Source of the DNA: Tubulanus polymorphus | Lineage: Eukaryota; Animalia; Nemertea | DNA length: 64,000 nucleotides | Reading direction: 5' to 3' | Assembly (NCBI RefSeq): GCF_964204645.1 | Contig: NC_134028.1 | Span: 19,475,653-19,539,652 of the forward strand | In this document: positions 12,901 to 27,277 of the stretch, piece by piece | How the letters are laid out: every line of letters begins with the position of its first letter | Numbering within the stretch: position 1 is the stretch's first letter | Program-made: the position numbers and the translations under genes | The notes under the pieces: model-generated | The model's database searches: none | Seen by the model: only the letters and a program-made list of their open reading frames with translations | Told to the model about the DNA's origin: nothing

Positions 12901-15065
12901 TGTTCGCTTTCTCTCGGCTGTGACGTATTTCGGCCCACTTCGATACGTGTTACTGCTGCTATTCATAGTGTTTTCATCACTTAAAGTACAATAACAGTTC
13001 TAAAATATAGCTGCAGAGCAGCGATAACGGATTTTCTGACAAGCCATGCTGCTGAAATTAAAGCAATTAGAGAAAAAAAAGATATTTCATTCGCGTGATT
13101 CGAACTTGATGTGGCACCTTCTGATTTAAGAATACATTTCCGGAGATTTGAACCAGATATAACTGGAGAAAATTAAAAGATGTCACCGAAGTAAACGGGT
13201 GCAGACAAAGATGTATGCAGGAATACGAAGCACCTGAATGGACATACCGATAGCATATTTCTTCCGGTGTTAACTGTCTGACAGTAAGTAATTCTAAGTT
13301 TAAAATAGGATGGAAAGCACATACATAGAATCTACGCCGAGAGAATCTGTTATATTACTACCAGAGTTCAACATTTCGTTTAGAATATGTTAGTTTAGTC
13401 AAATCTGATAGATGAATTTTAAGTGACGAAAAAAGTTAAAATATGTAATAATAATGATAATCAACAGAATTACAAAAGGGATTTCGACGAAAGCCAAAAA
13501 ACCCTAATTATTGATTTCATAGAACAAAATATAAAAACAAGTTCATTGATGTAGGATGTCTAACTACGCATTAATTTTTTAAATTTCCATTAATCTAGAA
13601 ATATGTCGTCTTATATTAATATCATCGTGTGAATAGGTCTATCATGTTAGTGTTGATATAATAATATTCTCATTTTTCAATTACCTCTATTTTTTAAATA
13701 AATGACTGATTCACTTTTAATTTCTAGAAATATTTCATACATAAACTGTTTACTCAATATTTGAAATCTGAAATAGATAAGAATATCATGTTCAATGTTC
13801 TCATATTCTCATATTCCCATAATCATCTGCATATTTCGTTCTGGCATTTTTTTTCGTGTGAAATTTTTACCTCTGACATTAATACCTGGATTCGGCAATG
13901 TTAACTTGTTTAACTCCTTTAAAAATCGCTATGAACACCTTTTCCATGGAGGATTACTCTCATTTTTAGCCTTTCAATTAATATTTTATTTGCCCTATTA
14001 GCATAATAACTCCACCAAAATGCCTCCACCTAAATATACCACACCCAGAATCCCTCCACCCAGAATACCCTCATATGTGACTAGAATACCTCTAGGCCCT
14101 AAATACAGTGGATTCATGCCTGAAGGAAAAAATTAGGAATATATTAGTGAAAATTTTTTAGAAAGAACATTCTCTGTGATGGTGGAGCTAGAATGTGCAG
14201 GACAGACTCATTGTTGAAACCAACTAAAGTTCTAACGTATAGTGTAGTGATTAAAATTATTTTTATCAAAAATTTCATCTCCAAACTAGCAAGGGCACAT
14301 TTAGTCGTCCCTAATCAACAACTCAGTAAAGAGATCATTTTTTTATTGTACGAGGCAGATAATTTCAAAGAAAAATGGCACATTCAGTCTACCATCAATA
14401 CCGAAAAATTAAAGAAGAAAGGGCACCTTGTTTTTATCAATCCCAAAAATAGGAAAGTGCATATTTTTACTAGACGAGGCAACAAAACGGTTTACCATTT
14501 TTCAGGATTTCATCTTTATTGCATTGAAACTACATTTTAATGCATTAGATTACCTAAAAGCACAATTTGCATCAGGAATTCATTAATTGCTGGCAAAAGC
14601 AGTAAATCTTCAAAACATTTCTTGGGGAGGTTTCCCAGACCACCCTCGTTTTTCGGAGATAATGCCCTTTTTTACAAGTCGTCCCGTGATCCGTTCATCT
14701 TTGTGGTCCAGATTGCAGGAAATTTATCTAAAAACTGGTAAATACACCAAAATTTTCTCACCCCTTTGGCGATCACACTGTCCGGCCCACCGCCATCACC
14801 ATCTTGTGTGCCTTCGTGGTGACATTGCCCTTTTTCTCTCAACAGAACTCCCTCCCCCTAAAAAAAGTCCTGTGTACACGGGCCTGTCTAGTACACTGTT
14901 TTCTTAGATTTTAAGACTAATTAATATCCTATAATCTGAATATTACTTCCTTTACTATATGGATCAAAGAAATCTTGCAGCAGATTAAAGACTGATTGAG
15001 GTTATCAACCCGGATTTGTTCTTCCCAGTTTCAGATACGTTTTTGGTGTTTACTTTGTTTTCTAG

Positions 15066-15345
15066 ATCACGTTCGAATGCGAAGTCACTTCAGAACCGAT
15101 AGCCACGATCACTTTTTACAAAACATCAAAATCTCCAAACTTGCAGCCGGAGTACATTGTGTCTGAGACGGGTAGCACGCCCATAGCGACGACTTCCAGA
15201 GGAAAATGTGGTGAAAGCTAGGCTGACTGTCGATAGCCTGTAACCAGGGAAACACGAGCCTGGATACTGGTACATTTGCAACGCGGACAACGGATACGAC
15301 AGTAGCTTCCAGGGGTTGTATATCAACCTAATCTCCGAATAGTAG
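15066..15345 (+). pseudogene. Orphan, frameshifted copy of the terminal Ig exon of the 16981-20965 gene
   Basis: AG acceptor followed by ITFECEVTSEPIATI..., matching exon 20627 (ITFECEVTSEPKATI...), and later YICNADNGYD. It contains a frameshift and stop codons. Confidence 0.75.
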
Positions 15346-16980
15346 CAAGGGGAACGAAGCTCGATGGCGATTAATAAACGGACAACCTATGTAGAATATT
15401 GAATAATATGTAATAGATGAAATCGAAGTGACGGACGCCTCGTCACAGCGAATTTTATTAAGTACATGATACATTATAGAACTACGGAAAGATGACTTGT
15501 ACGTTTGGTGTGAAACATAGAAAATCAGCGAAAACAATCTTTTAGAAAGAAATTAACATTCACAAATTTACGATTTTGTGAATAAAGCTTCCTAAAATCC
15601 CTAAATCTTAGTTCATGTGTAAAAGTTATCCGATGCCGTCGATTTTATATTGAAAAGCCCATTGATCCCTGGGATGCATAAATCATGGCAATCTAATACC
15701 ATGAAATCAATAAAATCTAAAATTACCCGATCCAAAAATGCTGGATTTAGTGAATGCGCTGCCGGATGACGTAAATTTACTTCCGATTTCGCCATGAACT
15801 TCAAACCGGACATCAATTGACATCATTTTTTCTGGCTTTGTCAAACTCAGATTCGGTTAAAAGGCATTTTGAAGTAACCACATATACGTGTTTATCAAAG
15901 TCGCGCTCATTCAAAATAGCCGTATGTTATTAAGTGATTAGAATTATTTCGATGAAATCTTTGTGCGCCTCCCAGTGCGACATTTAAACCGGCAAGGCAG
16001 AAAACCGTTGTCTTTGCTGTGCGGCTATATTTTTCGTTATATTTTGGCTTTTGGGAATGACGCAGGCGGCTTCGCGATTTGATGAGAAACAAGGTATCAC
16101 TTTATTGATGGGCCTAATCGTGTTTATATATATATGCAGAAAAATAAGCATATTTCTATAGAAATTGAACGATATCTAAGTCAATATGAGAATATCTATA
16201 ACTCATGTTTGTTGACGACTTGTTTGTTGAAATTGTATGCCATCCAATTTTTGTTAATACTGCCCAATCAAGCAATTTACCACGGAAATTGGCATGAAAT
16301 ATGTAATTACGAGAAAACCAGACACAGCAGTTATGTGCGTATGAATAATACCGAAAATGCATACAACACCGTTTTTCGACACTACTCAATGACACAGTAC
16401 ATGGAGATTACCTAAAAAATAATATAAGGTAGAATATACATGAACTGAATCCAGTTTCAGAGTTGTAAGTTAAGATTGTATTTAACTGAGTTAACTCTTA
16501 ACTTGAAAGTTAACTCATTGGAAATGCACTAATTTAACTCACGACTGTAAAACTGGGCCAAGTTCTATAGTTTTGAGTATAGATTTGACTCAAAACACAT
16601 TCCAAAATGGACTATCTTTATTTCAGAACTGTGAAACTGGGCACAGTTCCATGGTTATGAGTTAAGATTGGGCTCGAGGGTTAACTAATTGAATCTAATG
16701 TTAACATAGAGTTACTCACAACTCCAATGCAAATGAGACCTTGGACCCAGTTCCATGGTTAGGGGCTGACTCGGAGTTAACTCATTGAGAATGAAGTGAT
16801 TTCAATTAAGATCCGGTAAATCAGTTTGTGAGTCAAGATTTGACTGAGAAATGTGGGGCTTGTACAGGTGCTTTACATATTTGTATATAATTCTGTTACT
16901 TAATAATACTTTGTACTTATCATTCTGTTAATGTTATAGTAAACTGGTTTTGTTTTTGATTCTTCCAGGTACCATCGACA

Positions 16981-19900
16981 ATGACGCGGTACTACAAGTT
17001 GTTTATCTTAATCCTCTTAGTTCAAGTTAGTGGAGCCATGAAGGTTGGTATCGTAGTATTTAATAGATGATATCAGCTATTGTTCCACAGTCAGGCGCTG
17101 ATCTAGGGGTTTGTGGCCCTTGCACAAACAAGACTCAACTATTTTGAGTTGCCCTTTTCTGAATGCTCTTTTCGACAATATCATTTGAAATACAGCTGTT
17201 TGACGGCCAATATGACGCATGTGAACAATTTGTGTGACTAGGCTCTTCAGTATTCCTGAATATGACCATCAGGGTGAACGTTAAACTACTAACTCAAGGA
17301 AACATTACTGACTCTTTTACTCTCAGTGTTGAATTCTGTATCATCTTTACAACACTCAGACTCAGAGTGTTCCTTCCACCAATGATTATAACGTGAACAG
17401 CATCGCATTCCCTGATGAGATGACTATTAGGATGTAGTCGGAACTTCGAATATTCTGTACCTAGTTTATATCATTTTCTTATTACTTAATTAGTGTCCTT
17501 GTTCAGATTAATTCGGTTATAGGGTCTAACACTAGTACTCCTGAAGATAGCATATGCAGTCGAAATCTTCTATAAACAACTCGCTCAAGGAGATATTTCA
17601 GACTATTTTCATTCTTAGTGTAGGATTTTATATTATCTTTACAACACGGACCGAAAGTTTCATCATTGGTTGTAATGAGAACAACAGCAGTCTTCCTGAA
17701 GATGATGACTATTAGGACATAAACGTTGAAATAACTACTAGCTCAAGGAAAGTAACAGACTTTATATTTTCTATTGTTAGTGTGGGATCCTCTACATATC
17801 CACCACTTAAAAACTAGTCAAAATATTACATTCGAATATGATAAAAACCGACTGTGTATTTTATGTATTTTAAAAACATAGACACTAAGATTTAATATTC
17901 GAAAATAGACAAGGCGTTTCAACTAGACAACTGAGGATGAATACGCGGAAAGCTATCATAACAGAAGGTGCTTATAATAAAACTGAAATGAATTTAAGTT
18001 TGGTTTCATTTAAATGAACCATTGGAAAAACATTCTTTAGCCGGAGTTGTAACGATTAATCGCATCAGGAAAGAAGTAATCCGATTTTTGGACACGTTTT
18101 GGACTTTTTCTATCGTTTGAATGTACCTGTACAATGAATGTAATTAACCGTCTGTTGTTTTTCACATTTTCAATCATTTATATCTAACAGATGGCCAGGA
18201 CAAACCCGTGTCGAGCCGAGCTGGGCATAATCCGAAAGCTCGACGTATCGAACACCGGATCAGGTCGCGTCTTTAGAGCTCAGCTTGAATATGAAACTAA
18301 TTTGCAATACGAAGTAGCCATAGCGACAATGAAGAAAGATAATGTTTACTTAGCAAAAGGTATTTGAAATTGTTTTCTCTTTGATCAGATAATTTCCCTA
18401 AATTACTCCTATTAAATACAGTGAACCCTGGCAAACGGAGCATCTGGCTTTTGCAACGAAGCTGTTAAAAAAACCCTGATATACTTCCACCATACTTTTT
18501 ATGCCGCTCAAATTCTAAATCACCATGGCTTGATTTCAGATATCATTCTAATGAGCCCTTCCTTGTTTACTTAGACAGTCTAAGGAGCTCGTTCCCCTTC
18601 AGGTCATAGGTGCGACATATCATAATACCGTGAAGATTTGTTTTCGTTTCAGAAAATGAACGTGATTCATCTGAAGTAACTGCTGACGGCAAAGCATTGT
18701 CGGTTAAAACCTTCGAGTTTAAGGTCCGATCAGATACCCAAATCGACGAGCTCAATTTTCAGTTCTTCATCACTGACAACGGGAACTGTTTCGGAGTGTT
18801 TCTAGCCCACGTCAAACTAGGCCCGGTTTCTGATAGTAAAGTCGAGGTGACCGACTTTCAGTTGCCCACTATTGATATGATCACGCCGCTCGTGCAGAAC
18901 GTGAAGCCCGGTTCCAAATTTTCGCTTATCACCGAAATGTCGCTGAAAGCCCCCGAAAAAATCGACGGACTGAGCACCTATGGACGATGGGCGAAAAATC
19001 TTCCGAGACGCGATCGAAATAAGAACGTAGTCAAAAACGAAGGTTAGTATCCTGGCAGAAGCTGTGGCGAAGATGCAACCGATCTGCTTAAATTCCTCAA
19101 AGAGAAGAACAAATCTTCAGAAATATGAATAGGAATTTGTAAAGAACTTAACGCACTTGAGAAAGATGTCTTCAGAAAGTGCTTGCGATAGAATAAACTT
19201 AAGTACACCAAACGATTACATGAATTGTACGTTATAAGTACCCCACACGTAGTTTGCTCTACTTCGTGTTTTTTAGTTTGTAACTGTGTTTATGCTGTTT
19301 ACAATCCCTTGTTTGTGCGAGATATTGTTACTTAGTTAATCTCTTTGTTCTGGAACGTATACATATTCCGAGGTTTTTGTTACGCTATATTCAGGGATTC
19401 TAGAATCCCTGAAGATACCGTTACGGCCTATGATATAGTTAAAGGTATCGAAAAGAAAGGTATAATTCTTGTAAGAAGAAAATAAATCGTGTTTTTCAGT
19501 TAGGAAAAACTGGTTGAGCTCCGAAAAGATGCATGTAGTGCGACCCGAAATGGTAGTAAGCAAGGCGACCCCTAGCGACGAAGGCACGTACTGCAGTGGG
19601 TTCGGTTATGATAATTACAAAAACAGTTTCACGCACTGTGTAGTCGTTCGTTTAGTCGGATCGGGTACTTTTGGCAAAGTTGGCGAGGTTCAGGTTTACA
19701 GTTCTAGTACAATGCTGCGGGTTTTGGTACAATCAGGGGCGACCAGCAACACGTTGAAGTTCTTTGGTAATGTGCCAGTCTCGAGAGCGGGTGATATGAT
19801 CTTTGTCGTTGTCGAGGGATGGCCTCGTCCGCACGTCCAAGTGCTGAAGACCGATAAATACGGCGTCACGAAGAAGTTGTCGAATGATGTATACTGCGGA

Positions 19901-20965
19901 TACGATTTGACGACGGCCAGGGTGTGTTTCTGGTCGGACGATCATGCGGCTAACTCGTACACTGTTGAAGCCGGATATAGGGAGCCGCTAGTGAGGAAGT
20001 CGTTTGAAACGAGGGTTTATACGCCGATAAAATTCGCTGATGGCAAAGAGAATAAGAAAGTATCATTTGATGATAGGGACACAAATAATAGGGTGAGTGG
20101 ATGAGTTTTAGTATGCAACAAAGTGCTCTTCTTCTTGATATACGTACGTAGCTCCGAACTGGTACGGACTTCTGCCTTCTTGTTTGCGTTGCTGCCATTT
20201 GTCAAAAAATACATTGTATATACAAAACTAGCTGCAAATTTGACAATGACCCTCTCTAAGATTGCGATTTTCGGGAGTACATAAAAATCGTATGAATGGA
20301 TTACATTTTCCTGAATCGTTGAACTAATGATTGGTAAGGCTTAGAATAAAAACCATTCTAAGTAAGCTCATCTTAGATTTATTACCGATCAACTTAATGC
20401 CAGATTAATCGATTGTCATATGGCCAATCTAACACCTTAAAACCAGTCTAAGATTTGGGTTCTATCACCAATCTAACACCGTAAGCATGATAAACATAAC
20501 ATTTGCAACTACTTGAGCATCACGACTTAGCTAGATAGTTTTCCACGTTGAATTCTCATCATCTTTCAAACGAATATTTTACCAATAGGCATTATTTCAA
20601 CTCACTGATTATATTGTGTTTTATAGATCACATTTGAATGCGAAGTCACCTCAGAACCGAAAGCCACGATCAAATTTTTCGAAACATCGTTCGGCATTGT
20701 AGATTCGAACTGGCAGCCTGAGTACGCGGGTCCCGCATTAACGGAGACGAGAGACACCCGTGTCGAGACTTCTTCACGAGGAAATACTTCGAAAGCTAAG
20801 CTCACCGTCAATAACATGCTACCAGGGGAATACGAATCTGAGCGCACGTATATATGTGGCGCCGACAACGGCTACGACAATATTTTCAAAACGTTGGTTG
20901 TAAAATGGCCCGCGACAGGTCATTCCTTCAACGCAACAATGTTCCACCACTTAGAAATCGATTAG
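16981..20965 (+). CDS. Secreted Ig-like domain protein (exons 16981-17043, 18191-18359, 18653-19042, 19500-20092, 20627-20965)
   Basis: Signal peptide MTRYYKLFILILLVQVSG. GT-AG introns join in frame. Ig signatures include DEGTYC, V.GWPRP.V and C(EVTSEP)...YIC.ADNG. No TM segment is seen. Confidence 0.75.
17245..17790 (+). repeat. Degenerate ~130-155-bp tandem repeat (4 copies) with hammerhead-ribozyme-like cores, Penelope/retrozyme-like
   Basis: CTGA(N)GA-like cores at ~17256, 17412, 17541 and 17696, each followed by a short stem and a GAAA-like motif. Shared blocks CTCAAGGA and TCTTTACAACAC recur. Confidence 0.5.
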
Positions 20966-22673
20966 ATTCGCCGAGTTAATACACAAGTTAAATGGAAACT
21001 TACCTGTAAATTGAAGTTGGATTGCAATTATCTTGTCATAGTATACATCCATACTCCCTACTCATAATTTAACACTTTTTAACTTCCTTATAGTCTCTGC
21101 CATTTGACTGCAAAGTATAGAGCCAATAACGTTACCAGTTTCATCGCCAATGACTTAAGAGTCAACTCCGATAGCATCAATGAAACATTCAAACATTAAC
21201 ACATTAACATCCCAAGTTTGTATATAACGTGGCAGTGCTAGTCTATTATTGAAAATGCCTTATTATCCTTGAAAACTCTTACTAAAATCTCTCAATATAC
21301 GTTCTGTACTCTGTTTGCTTGTTTCTGTCCCCGAAAATCCTTCGTTCTCCGGACACCTGCCGACAAATGGCACGCGACAACTTTTGCCACAGTGGGTGTT
21401 CCACATCCGATTCCGGTTGCCTCACTAACCTACGGTTTTTTGCCGCTAGTAGTAGAACGTGGGTGGAATACTAAGAATATGTCGGCCGGATTAAAGGAGG
21501 AAAGGAGGAAAATGTAGAAACTAAGACAACGCCATTCAACAGTGGGTGCATCTACAGTCCACGCTTCCGTATCAGGCTAACACGACACACATCTGTCAAC
21601 ATGACGGTTATTCCTCAATACAAACAAATCTACGCCAATAAGCAGATTTAAATCAGTTCTTAAAATTTCAAAAATGTTGGGATTGAGCATCCACTCAGTT
21701 TTCTGATTACATTCCTACTGTAAAAAATCGGCTTTATTTACCCCAGGTAGGCAGCACTGATCCATATTCTATCTATCAGAGAGCTTACTTAACAAACTTC
21801 AAACTATGTTGGAATTCATGCCCTCTGGGGACTGAAAAGAGTTATCTCTCGATTCGGGTGCTTCATCTTTATTTGTGGAAGCTAGTTAATTGGCGCTTTG
21901 CCTTTTTAGCTGGCATTTTGCCTTTCCCGATCATCCCCTTCTTAATAGGTAGCGCCTCCTTCTGGCGACCCGAAGTCCCAGGCTCCATGCTCGCAGTACG
22001 AGCAGACACACCCACCTCGCTCCCTTTTGTACCCCTCATCGTAGACCAAGAGAAGCTAATCGTTGAACTCAGCTCGGACACGATCACAGAGGTTAATTCC
22101 AGTAAATGTAGAATATCGGGTGACAAAACGTTCAGTTAGAATAAACACCAAACACAAACAAGAGCTTCCACGGAAAAGTAATCGCCTCTGCGAACCACAG
22201 AAAAATAAACACGTGTTACTGAGTTAAAAGCACTATGTACAATGAGCAGAAAGTATAGATGTATATCTCATGTTTTCTCGAGGTGACCAGGAAGGATAAT
22301 GAGAATGGGAACCGTTAAACCAATGATCCCGCAAGGTGGCGTTATGAGCACTCGATCTTACGTTGTCAAAAGTAATTCATTGTCAATCAGCTTGGAACTG
22401 AATTTCTTGGCTCCCGAATCCATACAGTACTTAAAGACCCACCAAATATACATCACATTCATTTTACCAGTGATTGGCATAGTTTCCATTGAATTTTACT
22501 AATTAAGTGAAAGTTTTATTCGATTTTTACTGTTAAATGTCGAAGAAATTGAACGTGAAATACTGAAGCACCATAAGCTTGCCATAGTGGAATCCCCGAT
22601 TGCCACACTAACAATGGGAGCTGACCATTGCGTACGTTGCTATGTTTCAGGCTAGATGAATACCATATAGATA

Positions 22674-23159
<486 letters not shown>

Positions 23160-23235
23160 GAACTCTTTTGGTAATGCGCCTCATTATACTGCTATTTCTA
23201 CACGTTTATAGAACTATAGAATGAATAAACAAGTC

Positions 23236-23690
23236 AGGCCCGTACATAGGGGTTCGAGAGGGTAGGACGAAGTGTCCTTTTCAAATTTTTGCCGCCTGAA
23301 AGATTTCTCAAATTTTTCCCAAAAATGTTATCCCCAAACTAAAACGGGCACATGTTGTCGTCCCTATCAATCGCAAAAGTAAATAAGGGCACATTTTTAC
23401 AGGATGAGGCAGATAATTTTAAAGATAAAAGGCACGACCGTTCGTCAATCAAAAAATAAGAAAGGGCACGTTTAGTCGTTTTTATCAATCCCAAAAGTAG
23501 GAAAGGACATATCTTTACAAGACGAGGCAGATATTTTTCAACAAAAAGGGCCATTCTTCGGGATTTCATCTTTATTGTCTGTAAACTACATCTCAAGACA
23601 GTTAACTTCCTAAAAAGCAATTTGCATCAAGACTTCATTTATTGCTTGGAAATCGCACCAAAAAGCAGTAAATCTACAAAGACTTGAGAT
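23236..23690. repeat. Dispersed repeat/MITE family copy (another copy at ~14260-14886)
   Basis: Shared blocks AGGGCAC.TTTAGTCGT, TTTTATCAATCCCAAAA, GGATTTCATCTTTATT and GCAGTAAATCT. CAGGCCCGTAC terminus here, TACACGGGCCTG at ~14875-14886. Confidence 0.6.
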
Positions 23691-26519
23691 CGCGAGATGG
23701 GGTAGCTCGAGGGGTGTCCCTCTCGACGTTTAGAAAGTTTTGGAAAATCCTCGGGAACATGGTGGAATATGACGGCATTTGAGCGATGGTTTCTGTAAAG
23801 ATTATTACAGCCTACTGAGTCATGATAGTACCACAGCCAGGATGAGGTGTTGATAATTCAATTGCGATACCGCAATATTGATTCGGGGAGACTAAGCAGA
23901 GCAATTCAATTTAATGTAATACCTCTTTGGCATTCGTATTCAGATGAAATGCCCCGTGATTTTGAAAGTGTATATCTAAGATTGTAATTAGCTGATGAAC
24001 GTACCACATCCGTTCAAACTAAGCGCACAGATATAGGTGGGATTTGAAAAGCAATCCATGTCATTCTCTGGTAAGGAATACGGACTTTCACGTTATCATT
24101 CGGGATTATCGTTAAGTGAGTGTAATTAATACCATGGTTAGACATAATACCGCACGATAATATTTTTGACTTATGAACTGATGAATGCAGGGGCGGATTT
24201 AGGTTTTTCAAAGGAGGGTGGCTGACATGAAACGTAATGAAGAGACTGTGACCAGCGCGCCGCGCAGCGGCCAAGTCTGAGTCGCGAGGCGGGGGAGCTC
24301 GAGGGGGTGCCCCCTCAACGTTCAGAAAATTTTAAAAATCCTCGGGAAATGGTGGAATTTTGATATCATTTTTTCAGTAAAAAAATAATTACAGCCTGCT
24401 GAGTCATAGTGCCGCGGCCAGGAAAAGGTGTTGATGATCTTAATGAGATATCCGCACGATTGATTTGGGGAAGCAGGTCATTTATCAAACATTTGTCATT
24501 ATAATTTTTCAATTTGTCATAGCACTGATCTCGGGAATTTTTTCACACAGATTGGGAAAAATTTAGATAATTCTAATTGGAAAAATGACCGTTTACCGGA
24601 CACATTTTCGGCCTAGCGGAATGCCTGTAACACTGAACGAAAATAGGGCCTAATAACAAATATCGGGTGGAGCTGCACTTACATATACACGGCGTCATAG
24701 GTATGTAATACAAAGTTGTTGCGCTACGAACTGTAAGTTCTGATACCGAGGCAGTGAAGCAACAATCTTATTGGCCCAAAAATTCACAAACCATGTTCAT
24801 CTTAATTCAACAGTGGGAGTTTCAGAAACGCTACATAAGTCGATGTGAACAGATTTCTGATCTAGTGCTAACATGGAAAACTGGTGTACTTTAACCGCGG
24901 CGAATTCGATCCCTCGCACGAGTCAAGCATGACCTGGAGCGTCAATGTCTGCCGAACTGCTGCGATGACAGAAATAGGCTATTTACACGTACTAGAGAAG
25001 AAACACAAACTATATTTGTCGCAAACAGAGACGACATTCCTCGGTAATTTACTAAAAGTAACACAGGCTTAACTGGACCTTCTTTTATTTCAGTTACCTA
25101 GAAAATAAAAAATTATACAAACCATACAAACATACAAATAGAGGAAATAGGAAGTAGGAAACAAGAAATAAGGCTACAAAATTACTAATTCCAACACTCT
25201 TGAGACCTTTACCTATCCATGGATGGGGGGGGGGGGCGAATGCCACGAACATTGAAACATGATAAACCACGTAAACTTAAAATCATAAGCGTGAAAAACA
25301 TGAGCACACGAGAACAGATATCAAATATCTGGTGGGGACAACTAAATATCGGCAATAATAGCTAAGAACTGATATGACAGTACAGAATGAGACGTATTGA
25401 GAAAGATATAATAATACATGACATTTCAATACACAAACGCAGAAAGCAGATTCAATCTTCAACAATATTAAAGGACCATGCGGGTTCAGAAGGATCAACT
25501 GAGAATGTTTTACTTGAGCACAATAATCAGGTTGTTCTCGAATTTGCAATATCGTTTAACATGAAATTATGGTGCACTGTACGTACGTGTTAGTAAGCAT
25601 CTTCAACTTTGATGGTATATACATGGTCGGGGTTTTCCCATGACTCACTAGCACATGGCCGAACGAACTACATATGTTCGTGATGATGACGTCACTGGGA
25701 AAGCCCTTCACTAAAATGCTTTCCCAAGGGGCACTACACTTTTCACATTCGCTTTTCATAGATCAAATGATGCACAATCTGTGGGTTATTACATATTTGT
25801 CAAAAAAAAACTCTCACCCGATCAATAGACAATTGTGGTGTTATTAGCAGAGGCACTGAGGCTTGCACAAACGAATATCACAGATCAATCTTCACCGATG
25901 GTCTAATGAATAATTTGAATGTGGAATAAAATAATCTTTAATTTGATGAATGTCAAATTTTGCCCGATAAAGTAAACTTGACTTGGATTTGATATTTCTT
26001 GCGGAATAAGATTTTATTGAATTTGCAATTCGTGCACATGGCTAATTAACATATCACGGTCATCTATCCGATTTGAGAAAAAAGGCGGTTTTTCCCGAAC
26101 AATTGTCGAGGATGAATATTCGCTCCATTTGTACAGGCTCAGCGGACGGCTGGCCTTAATATTACCTCCCGATGTTATTACTCTTACATTATTTTGTTTA
26201 TTTCATCAACTGACATTGGCAAGATAATATATTCGTAGAGACGCGCGCGTAGTGCGCAATAGCAATTCGTGTCTGCTTATACTACGTTTGTAAGCACGCG
26301 CAGGTCGGCATTAGTGTGTGTGCTTCAGTGATGAACAACAGCACTCTCACACATCTGCGACGCGCGCGTGTTAGCATCTTTATCAGACAAACTAACTAGG
26401 CAAAGTTTGATGCAGTCCATAAAAGACTGGATAAAAGACTGCCCTCTAGAAAGCGATTACTATGGTGGCTGATAAGGGCCATAGCGTAAAATTCCTGGTA
26501 TGTAAATGAGGGCGCCAGA

Positions 26520-27104
26520 ACGCCAGAACGCCAAAACGAAAAAAAACGTCCAATTTTCTCTGAAAGTTCGTTTTGGCGCGCCAAAACAAAGAAAATTCCG
26601 TTTTGGCGCCCCCGCCAAAACGAACTTTCATTTTGGCGCCCCCGCCAAAACGAACTTTCGTTTTGGCGCCCCCGCCAAAACAACGAAAAACGTCGAAATT
26701 TCTCTAAAAGTTCGTTTTGGCGCGCCAAAACAAAGAAAATTCCGTTTTGGCGCCCCCGCCAAAACGAACTTTCATTTTGGCGCCCCCGCCAAAACGAACT
26801 TTCGTTTTGGCGCCCCCGCCAAAACAACGAAAAACGTCGAAATTTCTCTAAAAGTTCGTTTTGGCGCGCCAAAACGGAGAATATTCCGTTTTGGCGCCCC
26901 CGCCAAAACGAACTTTCATTTTGGCGCCCCCGCCAAAACGAACTTTCGTTTTGGCGCCCCCGCCAAAACAACGAAAAACGTCGAAATTTCTCTAAAAGTT
27001 CGTTTTGGCGCGCCAAAACAAAGAAAATTCCGTTTTGGCGCCCCCGCCAAAACGAACTTTCATTTTGGCGCCCCCGCCAAAACGAACTTTCGTTTTGGCG
27101 CCCC
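26520..27104 (+). repeat. Left TIR array: ~4 x 144-bp higher-order repeat of palindromic modules
   Basis: CGCGCCAAAA at 26577, 26721, 26865 and 27009 (period 144). TTTTGGCG palindromes are spaced 30,30,30,54 bp. Confidence 0.95.
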
Positions 27105-27277
27105 GGAAACGTGTCTACTCCAGATGCTGACATACAAATTATGTACATACGCATACGTACTCGTGCACGACCGCTTAATTATAATGGACACCGTTCGGAC
27201 TTGTATCCTTTTACGTAATAAAGACCAAGTTGCTCAACGGTCGATTTTGCTGTTGATCTTGTTGATGATCTTAACAG

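Noticed and set aside
21240-22250. Minus-strand ORF 21869-22126 and surroundings as a gene
   Set aside because: It looks like a decayed retroelement 5' region, but no diagnostic motif could be identified, so it was left uncalled.
26520-27104. CRISPR-like look (palindromic repeats at regular spacing)
   Set aside because: The spacers are only ~10-35 bp and are themselves repeated rather than unique. There are no cas genes and the context is eukaryotic.
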